Shown: positions 15,146-23,329 of the stretch, in pieces
Numbering within the stretch: position 1 is the first letter of the stretch
Layout: every line of letters starts with the position of its first letter
Source: Bacilli bacterium
Lineage (GTDB): Bacteria; Bacillota_I; Bacilli_A; RF39; UBA660
Length of the DNA stretch: 64,000 nt
Assembly (NCBI GenBank): GCA_016293205.1
Contig: JAEDES010000001.1
Coordinates: forward strand, 27,447 to 91,446
Reading direction: 5' to 3'
Made by a program: the position numbers and the translations under genes
Notes under the pieces: model-generated
The model's input: only the letters and a program-made list of their open reading frames with translations
The model's database searches: none
Told to the model about the DNA's origin: nothing

Positions 15146-15330
15146 TTTTCTCTCCTTTATATATTTTATGAATTAATAAATAATATTTTCTAACTTTTAT
15201 TGTATAATAATATTAAAGGAGGTATGAAAAAATAAAAAACTTAAATTTAAAGATAGTTATACCTATTATTTTACTAGCTATAATAAGTATTACAACTATT
15301 TATTGTGCAGCTATATATACATCTAGTAAT

Positions 15331-16353
15331 ATGGGTAATTTAACATTAAAACAATCTATATGGTATATAATTGGATCAATCTTAGTAGTAGTTATTTTAA
15401 GACTTAAAAACGAATTTTTATATAGACATACTTGGATACTATATATAATAGGAAATATTTTACTAGTTGGATTATTCTTCTTTGGTACTCCTATTAATAA
15501 TAGTAGATGCTGGTATACTATTCCTGGTATTGGAAGTTTTCAACCTAGTGAGTTTATGAAAATATTTTTAATGTTGGCTTTAGCTACTTTGATTCATAAT
15601 TTTAGAAGTGATTATAAAAATCCAACTGTTAAAGAAGAATTTATATTTATATTAAAATCTTTAGTTATTTTAGCAATACCTTCTATTCTTACTTTCTTAC
15701 AACCAGATACAGGTGTTGTATTAATATATTTCATTATATATTGTGTAATGATGTTTATATCTGGAATTAGAATGAGATGGTTTGTATCAGGCGTTTCATT
15801 AGTACTAGTTGTTGCCGTAAGTGTTTTATCAATTTATTTCTTTAAAGAAGATTTATTTATAGATTTATTTGGTACATCAATATTTTATAGATTAGATAGA
15901 ATATTTGATTGGAGAAATGGTTCAGGATTACAACTTGAAAATGCATTAGCCGCAATTGGTTCTGCCGGATTATTTGGACATGGTTTTAATAAGACTCCAT
16001 TATATTTTCCAGAAGCATCAACAGATTTTATATTTGCAGTTTTTGCTTCTAATTTTGGTTTAATTGGATGTTTAATTCTAATTGGTATTATTGTTTATTT
16101 AGATGTTAATATAATTATTATTGCGAGAAAGAAAATTAATGATACTGATAAATATATAATTGCAGGGATTATAGGAATGATAATATTTCAACAGGTACAA
16201 AATATTGGAATGACTGTTGGATTACTTCCAATAACAGGAATTACTCTTCCATTTATATCTTATGGAGGATCTAGTTTATTATCATATATGGTATTAGTTG
16301 GAATAATATTAAATATATCTACTGAAAAAGAAAGATTTTATAAAATGAAATAA
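15331..16353 (+). CDS. SEDS-family peptidoglycan glycosyltransferase (FtsW/RodA/SpoVE). The called start is probably truncated.
   Basis: Conserved SEDS blocks are present: SEFMKIFLMLALA, PDTGV, STDFIFA and ITGITLPFISYGGSS. The reading frame stays open upstream to 15217 and encodes ...KNLNLKIVIPIILLAIISITTIYCAAIY, which matches RodA TM1. The upstream ATG at 15224 (MKK*) is out of frame by one nucleotide within an A6 run. Confidence 0.75.
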   Translation: MGNLTLKQSIWYIIGSILVVVILRLKNEFLYRHTWILYIIGNILLVGLFFFGTPINNSRCWYTIPGIGSFQPSEFMKIFLMLALATLIHNFRSDYKNPTVKEEFIFILKSLVILAIPSILTFLQPDTGVVLIYFIIYCVMMFISGIRMRWFVSGVSLVLVVAVSVLSIYFFKEDLFIDLFGTSIFYRLDRIFDWRNGSGLQLENALAAIGSAGLFGHGFNKTPLYFPEASTDFIFAVFASNFGLIGCLILIGIIVYLDVNIIIIARKKINDTDKYIIAGIIGMIIFQQVQNIGMTVGLLPITGITLPFISYGGSSLLSYMVLVGIILNISTEKERFYKMK

Positions 16354-16375
16354 GAGAATCAAATGATTCTCTTTT

Positions 16376-17269
16376 TTATTTTCTTTTTCCGCAATGCATA
16401 CAGAATGGACCTACTAAAATACTTCCACAATTTGTACAATATTCTTTATCTGAATTTGTCATATTAATTTGTTGCATTCTTTCTTTTTCAATATAATTAT
16501 CCATTCTAGAATTTTTAATTCTATTTCGATATTCTTTCTTTAGTTGATTACGATATAGACTTTTATTTTTTCTAGATAGTTGTTTGATTTTACTTAATGA
16601 TGTTACATATAAGAATATTATAAAGATAAAGAATACATACATGAATTCATCCTTATTTATAAATAAACAAAAGTCATATATACCATGTAGTATTGTTGGT
16701 ACTAAAATACTTTTTATTTTATTTAATTTTTCTTGATCTTTATTACCATCCAAATAAGCTTGTTTTGCGATTGTTAAATAATATCCCATAAAGATGGAGT
16801 CACATGCATGTCCTGGTACAGCAAGTAGTGCTCTTGATATACCTATTTTGATGCTATTATTTGTAAAAACATATAGTATATTTTCAAAGAAAGCAAATCC
16901 TAATGAGACAAATACGGCATATACAATTATGTCATACTTTTCATCGAAGCATCGACTGTTATATCCTACTTTATGAACAAAGTACCATTTACATGCTTCT
17001 TCTACTAAAGCTACCCCTACAAAGGAATATATTAGTACTTCAAATTGTGTCATATCAACTACTTCTTTTCCAAGGAAGGGAATTAGTAGTTCCATAAACT
17101 CTGATACAACTAATACTAAGAAACATGAAGTTATACCTTTCATAAATAAAGATGATAATAATTGTATGGGTTCTTTATTTCGATCTTTAGAATAAACAAA
17201 CCAACATATTAGTACTACAGGTAATGCTGAAATTATGAATAATATTAAATATCTTATCATTGTAGTCAC
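16376..17269 (-). CDS. PrsW-family intramembrane protease with a C-terminal zinc ribbon
   Basis: Multi-TM protein carrying VEEACKW, FFENILY and HGIYDF motifs (the EE...FxxxH...HxxxD pattern of PrsW/CAAX-like proteases). The C-terminus has CTNCG...CMHCG. Confidence 0.6.
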   Translation of the reverse strand: MTTMIRYLILFIISALPVVLICWFVYSKDRNKEPIQLLSSLFMKGITSCFLVLVVSEFMELLIPFLGKEVVDMTQFEVLIYSFVGVALVEEACKWYFVHKVGYNSRCFDEKYDIIVYAVFVSLGFAFFENILYVFTNNSIKIGISRALLAVPGHACDSIFMGYYLTIAKQAYLDGNKDQEKLNKIKSILVPTILHGIYDFCLFINKDEFMYVFFIFIIFLYVTSLSKIKQLSRKNKSLYRNQLKKEYRNRIKNSRMDNYIEKERMQQINMTNSDKEYCTNCGSILVGPFCMHCGKRK

Positions 17270-17357
17270 CTTTTATTCTTCTACTTTGAGTATATCATTT
17301 ATATTTTTTATGTTAAAGAAAAAAGATACGATATTTTTCTTGGTTGACATATCGTAT

Positions 17358-19235
17358 CTATATTAATGATTCCCATGTAGAAGTTAATTCATTTATCTCT
17401 TTATTTATAGAATCTAATTTATCATTAATTTGTTTTGTTTTTCCTATATCAGTATAAACTTCTTTTTTAAATAATTCTTCATGTAGTTTTTTAGCTTCTT
17501 CTTCTAATTTAATTATTTTTCTTTCTAATCTGTTTATTTCTTTTGATGGAATTACTTTTGCTTCTTTTTTTATTTGTTCTTTTTTCTCTATAACCATTTC
17601 TTCTTCTACTACTCTTTTTTGTAAATATTCTTCATAACCGAATGGATATAAATCAGTAGAATTTTTATTAAATACTAAAAGTTTATTAGTAATATTTTTA
17701 ATTAAGTAACGATCATGACTTACCATGATAATTGTACCTTTATAACTATTAAGCATATTCTTTATAGTATTTTTACTAATTATATCTAAGTGGTTTGTAG
17801 GTTCATCTAGTATTAAGACATTTGGTTTAGTATAAAGTATTTTGCATAGACTTACTCTTACTTTCTCTCCACCTGATAATTCTTTTATTTGTTTAAATAC
17901 TTCTTCACCAGTAAATTCAAAGCATCCTAATAGAGTTCTAATTTCTTGTGGTGAAAGAGATGGGAATTCTTTATCTATTTCATCATAAATAGTATTGTTT
18001 GGATTTAAATTATCTAGTTGTTGTGAGAAATAGGCAATTGTTGTTTTTTCTCCAAAAGTAAATTTTCCAGATAGTGGTTTTAACTCTCCTATTAATGTTT
18101 TTAATAGTGTTGATTTACCTATTCCATTTTCTCCAATAATACCTAGTTTATCTCCTCTTTCTAATTTTAAAGAGATAGTTGCGAGTGGATGATCATATCC
18201 GATTGATAAATTCTTTATTTTTAATACTTCACGGTAACTTTCAAAATCAGGATCAAAATTTATTTTAAATGACTTAGTACTTTCTTTTTGTGGTTTATCA
18301 ATTAAAACCATTCTTTCTATTTGACGAAGTTTAGACATAGCAAATGACGCTTTAGATGGTTTATATTTAAATCTATCAACAAGAGTTTGTAGTCTTTTAA
18401 TTTCTTTTTGTTGTTCTTTATAATCTTTTTCTTGTTTTATAAAATTATCTTCTTTTTGTCTTACAAATGATGTATAGTTTCCAACATATCTTTTTAAACA
18501 ACCAAACTCTATATCATAAATGATATTACATACATTATCTAAAAACATTTGGTCGTGACTGACAAGTATAATACTTTTATTATAATTTTTTAAATATTCT
18601 TCTAACCATTCAATAGTTATAATATCTAAGTGGTTTGTAGGTTCATCTAATATTAATAAATCTGGTTTACTTAGTAATAATTTTATAAATGATAGTTTAG
18701 TAAGTTGTCCTCCTGAAAATTCACTTAGTTTCTTTTCTTTATCAGAAGATGTAAAACCAAATTTCTTTAAAGCAAGTTCATATTCTTTTTTATAATTATG
18801 TCCACCATTATAAATATAGTCATGAGTAAGTTGATTGTATCTAATAAGCAATTTATCATTGTAGTCTGTTGCCATTTTTTCTTCAATAGATTTTATTTCT
18901 TTTTCAATTGAGATTAATTTTTTATAGGCATCTAAGATATAGTCAATCATTTTAGTATTAGGATTTGTATCTAAATTTTGTTTAATATAACCGATTGTAA
19001 AATCATTAGTCTTTTCTACTTTTACTTTGTCATAACCATCTTCTAAGTCTACTTCTCCAATGATTGCTTTTAATAAAGTAGTCTTTCCTGTTCCATTGCG
19101 ACCAACTAAACCTATTTTTTCATTATCATTAACTTGGAAGTTAATATCTTCTAAGAGAACATTTCCATCAAAAGATATACTTCCATTACTTATCTTATAA
19201 TACATATTACTCACCTGCTTTGTATATTTTAACAT
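17358..19235 (-). CDS. ABC-F family ATPase with two nucleotide-binding domains and no TM domain (Uup/EttA-like translation factor)
   Basis: Two Walker A motifs (GRNGTGKTT and GENGIGKST), two LSGGQ/LSGGE signatures and a C-terminal coiled coil. Confidence 0.8.
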   Translation of the reverse strand: MLKYTKQVSNMYYKISNGSISFDGNVLLEDINFQVNDNEKIGLVGRNGTGKTTLLKAIIGEVDLEDGYDKVKVEKTNDFTIGYIKQNLDTNPNTKMIDYILDAYKKLISIEKEIKSIEEKMATDYNDKLLIRYNQLTHDYIYNGGHNYKKEYELALKKFGFTSSDKEKKLSEFSGGQLTKLSFIKLLLSKPDLLILDEPTNHLDIITIEWLEEYLKNYNKSIILVSHDQMFLDNVCNIIYDIEFGCLKRYVGNYTSFVRQKEDNFIKQEKDYKEQQKEIKRLQTLVDRFKYKPSKASFAMSKLRQIERMVLIDKPQKESTKSFKINFDPDFESYREVLKIKNLSIGYDHPLATISLKLERGDKLGIIGENGIGKSTLLKTLIGELKPLSGKFTFGEKTTIAYFSQQLDNLNPNNTIYDEIDKEFPSLSPQEIRTLLGCFEFTGEEVFKQIKELSGGEKVRVSLCKILYTKPNVLILDEPTNHLDIISKNTIKNMLNSYKGTIIMVSHDRYLIKNITNKLLVFNKNSTDLYPFGYEEYLQKRVVEEEMVIEKKEQIKKEAKVIPSKEINRLERKIIKLEEEAKKLHEELFKKEVYTDIGKTKQINDKLDSINKEINELTSTWESLI

Positions 19236-19251
19236 AATTTAAATTTTTAGA

Positions 19252-19276
19252 CAAAAAAATCTTGGTTACCCAAGAT
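19252..19276 (-). terminator. Rho-independent terminator downstream of tRNA-Ala
   Basis: ATCTTGG-GTAA-CCAAGAT hairpin at 19259-19276, followed on the minus-strand transcript by a T7 run. Confidence 0.55.
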
Positions 19277-19288
19277 TTAATTTCAATA

Positions 19289-19364
19289 TGGTGGAGCATA
19301 GCGGGATCGAACCGCTGACCTCCACGGTGCAAACGTGGCGCTCTCCCAGCTGAGCTAATGCCCC
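19289..19364 (-). tRNA. tRNA-Ala(TGC)
   Basis: The reverse complement reads GGGGCATTAGCTCAGCTGGGAGAGCGCCACGTTTGCACCGTGGAGGTCAGCGGTTCGATCCCGCTATGCTCCACCA. It has G3:U70, a TGC anticodon and an encoded CCA end. Confidence 0.9.
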
Positions 19365-19435
19365 ATAACCAACCGTTTTCTCGCAGTCAGTAATTAGATT
19401 TTAGCATAGTGATTTTTCAAAGTCAACAGATTTTT

Positions 19436-20203
19436 TTAAATTTTTTGATATTTTTTGTTTAAAAAGTCTTTTTCTCGCCAATATTTGCCTTTTTCTTTAA
19501 TTATATGGGACTTATTACGATGAAAGCAGTTGATATCATTAATTATAACTGTATCTTTAAATTTATAATTATGTAGATATCTTTCTAATAAAAACTTATT
19601 ATAAAGTGTTTTTATATTACTACCTTCTCTAAAGAGTTTATATAAAAGTAAAAGTATCATTATTAATAAATTTAATTTTAAATTATGAATATTATTTAAG
19701 ATGATTACTATTAATAATATATAGCTTATAAAGATAGAATATCTTAGACTTAGTTTATAAGGTACTTTTGAAGATACTATTATGTTTAATATCTTCCCTC
19801 CATCTAGTGGATAGATTGGGAGTAAATTAAAAAATAAGATTTGATAATTATAAAATTCTATTAGACTTTGGTATTCTGGAAGTATTAGTTGATATATGGC
19901 GTAGAACACTAATTGCAGTATTGGACCTGCTAATAAAACAAGGGATTCTTGCAAAGGAGAAGTGTTTAGATTCATATTTAATTTAGTTATTCCACCTAAG
20001 GGGTAAATATATATTTTATCTATTTCTATTTTTAATAATTTGGCCATTAATAAGTGACCTAGTTCATGGACTATTATTAAACTAAAAATAATTATTATTT
20101 GAATGAAAGATGCTGATAAAACAGATAACAATAAAAATAGATAAGTTAGTTTATCTATATAAATATATTTAAATATATTTTTTATAATCAAGATATTCTC
20201 CAT
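19436..20203 (-). CDS. spoIVFB: M50 site-2 protease, SpoIVFB-like
   Basis: HELGH zinc motif inside a TM helix, plus the LLPIYPLDGGKIL (NPDG-like) motif. Position immediately after a SpoIVFA-like gene and mreCD matches Bacillus subtilis synteny. Confidence 0.55.
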   Translation of the reverse strand: MENILIIKNIFKYIYIDKLTYLFLLLSVLSASFIQIIIIFSLIIVHELGHLLMAKLLKIEIDKIYIYPLGGITKLNMNLNTSPLQESLVLLAGPILQLVFYAIYQLILPEYQSLIEFYNYQILFFNLLPIYPLDGGKILNIIVSSKVPYKLSLRYSIFISYILLIVIILNNIHNLKLNLLIMILLLLYKLFREGSNIKTLYNKFLLERYLHNYKFKDTVIINDINCFHRNKSHIIKEKGKYWREKDFLNKKYQKI

Positions 20204-20738
20204 TCTTTTGGAATACTAAATATAAATTATTACTTTTAGATTCTCCTAGTAATGAACCTTTTTCTACATAGTCGTATATCTTTATATCAATTGGATTAAT
20301 ATTTGAATAAGATACATCTATTCCATTTACTTGTTCTACTATTATTGTATATCCATAATCTTCTTTTTCTCCAATATAGACAACTATTCCACTTTCTATT
20401 ACTGGTACTAGATAATTTTCATTTACAGTTAACTCTACTCCATCTTTATACTTGTTTATTTTTTGATACGATATTTTTTCATTAAATACAGGTGTTGTTT
20501 CTTTTGACACAGTAGGTGATAAGAAATTTCCAAAGTATTTTTCATAGATGTTTTTTATTGTTATAAACTTAAAACTATCTTCATATATTTTATCTTTTAT
20601 TACTGTTTTTAGAGTTGGTGTTTTCTTTACTGAGATTAATGCAATTAAAAAGATAATTATTGAGATTAGTAGTTTATTTAAAAATACTTTTACTTCTTTT
20701 TTTAAGACTAATTTTTTCTTGATAGTTTTCTTTGGCAT
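20169..20738 (-). CDS. spoIVFA: SpoIVFA-like membrane protein with a degenerate LytM/M23 domain
   Basis: N-terminal TM helix. The C-terminal segment VPVIESGIVVYIGEKEDYGYTIIVEQVNGIDVSYSNINPIDIKIYDYVEKGSLLGES resembles an M23 fold without the catalytic HxH. Overlaps the following M50 protease gene. Confidence 0.5.
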   Translation of the reverse strand: MPKKTIKKKLVLKKEVKVFLNKLLISIIIFLIALISVKKTPTLKTVIKDKIYEDSFKFITIKNIYEKYFGNFLSPTVSKETTPVFNEKISYQKINKYKDGVELTVNENYLVPVIESGIVVYIGEKEDYGYTIIVEQVNGIDVSYSNINPIDIKIYDYVEKGSLLGESKSNNLYLVFQKNGEYLDYKKYI

Positions 20739-20781
20739 ATATTCTCCTTTTGTTAAATATATGCATAAAAAAAGATAAATA

Positions 20782-21291
20782 TTAATTTATCTTTAATTTT
20801 TTATATTTCTTTGGAATTATTTTTAATATTAAATAGATTAATTCTCCATATATTATATTTAATAATAAACTATGAGTAATTTTATATACTACTTTATTTA
20901 AGGTTATAGGTACTAGTTTAAATATCATAAAGATTAGTGCAGTTGATGATTCATAAACTATAATTATTAAAATTATATATAAAATATTCTTTAAGAAAGA
21001 AATATTTAAGTTCTTATATATTATTCTTACTACGAATGCAATAAGAACAAATATTATTCCATTAAAGAATAAAAGGTTTGTATATAATAAATCATAAATA
21101 ATTCCTACTACAAATGATGTTATATAGTACTTATATTCATCTTTTGTATAGAATGGATAAACTATAAAAATTGATGTTAATGTTAGTAATGGAGTGAAAT
21201 AAGATAAGTTAATTACTGGTAAGAAGTTTGATAAAATTCCATCTAGAATTAGAGATATTATAATAATTAAATACTTAATCATTCTTTTCAC
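20782..21291 (-). CDS. mreD: Rod shape-determining protein MreD (polytopic membrane protein)
   Basis: 169-aa protein with five TM helices, immediately downstream of mreC and overlapping it by 17 nt. Confidence 0.55.
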   Translation of the reverse strand: MKRMIKYLIIIISLILDGILSNFLPVINLSYFTPLLTLTSIFIVYPFYTKDEYKYYITSFVVGIIYDLLYTNLLFFNGIIFVLIAFVVRIIYKNLNISFLKNILYIILIIIVYESSTALIFMIFKLVPITLNKVVYKITHSLLLNIIYGELIYLILKIIPKKYKKLKIN

Positions 21292-22069
21292 CTAGAACTG
21301 TTACATAGTGGATTGCATCAAAATCTTGATTTGTTTTTATGTAGATTGTTTTACTTAAATCATATTTATCATTTTGAGAAGATTCTACTGTACCGACAAA
21401 TATTCCTCCTGGAAATACTCCACCTAATCCACTTGTTGTTACTATGTCTCCTTTTTTTACATTTGTATTTCTGTCTATTCCACTTATCTTTATTAATTTT
21501 GTTTTGATGTCATAACCATTTAAAATACCATATGTTTCTTTTCCTGATGTTTTAATTGAAACACTTACTTTATAGTTAACATCATCTGATGTAATCAGTT
21601 TAATTTCACTTGATAATCTTGATACTTTGGAGATTTTACCAATTAATCCTTCACTTGTGATAACAGCCATATCTTCTTTTATACCATGTTTTTTTCCTTT
21701 ATCAATAGTTAATGTATTAAACCAATAACTTTTATTTCTAGATAGGATTGTTGCATTTATAGGAGTATATTCTGTTAAAGTAGAATTTAATTTTAATTGA
21801 GCTTTTAACTCCTCTATTTCTTTTTGTAATGATTCATTTACATTCTTTTGAATTACATAACTTTCATCTTGAGTATAGTCACTTTTATTTAAAGCAGTAA
21901 ACGGATACATAAATACTTTATTAATAATCATTGTTGTATCTTTAAAGATATTTTCAAATACTGTTGGTTTTCTATTTAATTGTAATGATACTGGTATTAG
22001 GATAATTACTAATAATATGATTGTTGTTATTATAATAATTTTTTTCTTTTTATTTTTCTTTTTAAACAT
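21275..22069 (-). CDS. mreC: Rod shape-determining protein MreC
   Basis: N-terminal TM helix, a coiled coil, then beta-domain motifs VITSEGLIGKISKV and GDIVTTSGLGGVFPGGIFVGTV. Confidence 0.8.
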   Translation of the reverse strand: MFKKKNKKKKIIIITTIILLVIILIPVSLQLNRKPTVFENIFKDTTMIINKVFMYPFTALNKSDYTQDESYVIQKNVNESLQKEIEELKAQLKLNSTLTEYTPINATILSRNKSYWFNTLTIDKGKKHGIKEDMAVITSEGLIGKISKVSRLSSEIKLITSDDVNYKVSVSIKTSGKETYGILNGYDIKTKLIKISGIDRNTNVKKGDIVTTSGLGGVFPGGIFVGTVESSQNDKYDLSKTIYIKTNQDFDAIHYVTVLGEKND

Positions 22070-22103
22070 GTTATCACCTTAAATTAATTATATTATAAAT
22101 TAC

Positions 22104-22784
22104 TTAGAGATTCAAAGAATTATGTTCATAAAAACTATAATAATTATCATCACCTACTATTATGTGGTCTAGTATAGGAATATTTTGAATCTTACCTATT
22201 TCAATTAATGCTTTTGTAAATGTTATATCTGCATGAGATGGGGTTGTATCATTTGATGGATGATTATGAAGACAAATAATAGAAGATGCACTTAATAGAT
22301 AAGCTTCTTTAAATACTTCTCTTGGATGAGTTATACTTTGATTTATTGTGCCAATAAAGAGTAATTTGGTTTTTAGTAATTGTTGTTTATTATTAAAATA
22401 TAAGGCATAGAAGTATTCCTGTTTTTTATCATAAAATAAGTACTTGGTATATTTATATATTTCTTCTGGAGAAGTTAAATCTTTTTTATTAGTTTTCTCC
22501 TTTAGAAAGATTCTTTTACCTAGTTCAATTGCTGCGATTAGTTCTATAGCTTTTACTTCACCTATTCCTTTAATTCTTATTAAATTATTTATACTTATAT
22601 TTTTTAAATCAGATAAAGAATATTTATTTAAAATATCTAATGCTAAATCAGATACATTCTTTTCTTTAGTACCTGTTTTTAAAATGATAGAGATTAATTC
22701 TTTATCAGATAGATTTTCTACACCAACTTCTTTTAATCTTTCTCTTGGTCTTTCATTTATTGGTATTTCTTTAATTTTATACAT
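22104..22784 (-). CDS. radC: RadC-like JAB-domain protein (UPF0758)
   Basis: MYKIKEIPINERPRERL start, HhH motif, and the C-terminal JAMM motif HNHPSNDTTPSHAD. The ORF track begins 9 codons earlier. The chosen ATG at 22782-22784 has a GAGGTG ribosome-binding site. Confidence 0.75.
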   Translation of the reverse strand: MYKIKEIPINERPRERLKEVGVENLSDKELISIILKTGTKEKNVSDLALDILNKYSLSDLKNISINNLIRIKGIGEVKAIELIAAIELGKRIFLKEKTNKKDLTSPEEIYKYTKYLFYDKKQEYFYALYFNNKQQLLKTKLLFIGTINQSITHPREVFKEAYLLSASSIICLHNHPSNDTTPSHADITFTKALIEIGKIQNIPILDHIIVGDDNYYSFYEHNSLNL

Positions 22785-22821
22785 ATGACACCTCATATAT
22801 ATTATTAACATTATTTTCTTA

Positions 22822-23268
22822 TTAAATATTCTTTTTTATAATTTCTTCATAGTTTGCAAGGACTACTTTTTCTATAGTTAATATTTCTTTTTCTGATGTA
22901 GTTGCATTTATTAATAAATCAAACTGAGTTACATTATTATTAAATTCTTCATTTGATAAGGATACTTCTTTTATGTATATTTGATATCCTTGAGATTCAT
23001 AAATTTCCTTTAGTTTTTTTGCGATTGATTCATCTTTGGTAATACCTAAATAAACATAATATTTATTATCAAGTTCATCTACTACTTTTAAATCCATATT
23101 CTTTATATTTTCTTCCATAATACTTTTAGATGAATAAACTCCTTCTTGGATAAAATAATAAATATCTTTATTAGAGAATGTTTGAGTTGATTTTGATAAG
23201 TAGATATTTCTACCTACTATGATACCTGTAATTAAAATTATAATAGAATAAAATATTTTCTTTTTCAT
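22822..23268 (-). CDS. Membrane-anchored SPOR-domain-like protein
   Basis: N-terminal TM helix. The C-terminal YYVYLGITKDESIAKKLKEIYESQGYQIYIKEV resembles a SPOR repeat. Confidence 0.4.
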   Translation of the reverse strand: MKKKIFYSIIILITGIIVGRNIYLSKSTQTFSNKDIYYFIQEGVYSSKSIMEENIKNMDLKVVDELDNKYYVYLGITKDESIAKKLKEIYESQGYQIYIKEVSLSNEEFNNNVTQFDLLINATTSEKEILTIEKVVLANYEEIIKKNI

Positions 23269-23329
23269 ATTATCACCAATATAAAATTATCAAATTAGTC
23301 TTAGTTTTTTTGTCGAAAAAAAAGAAGAA

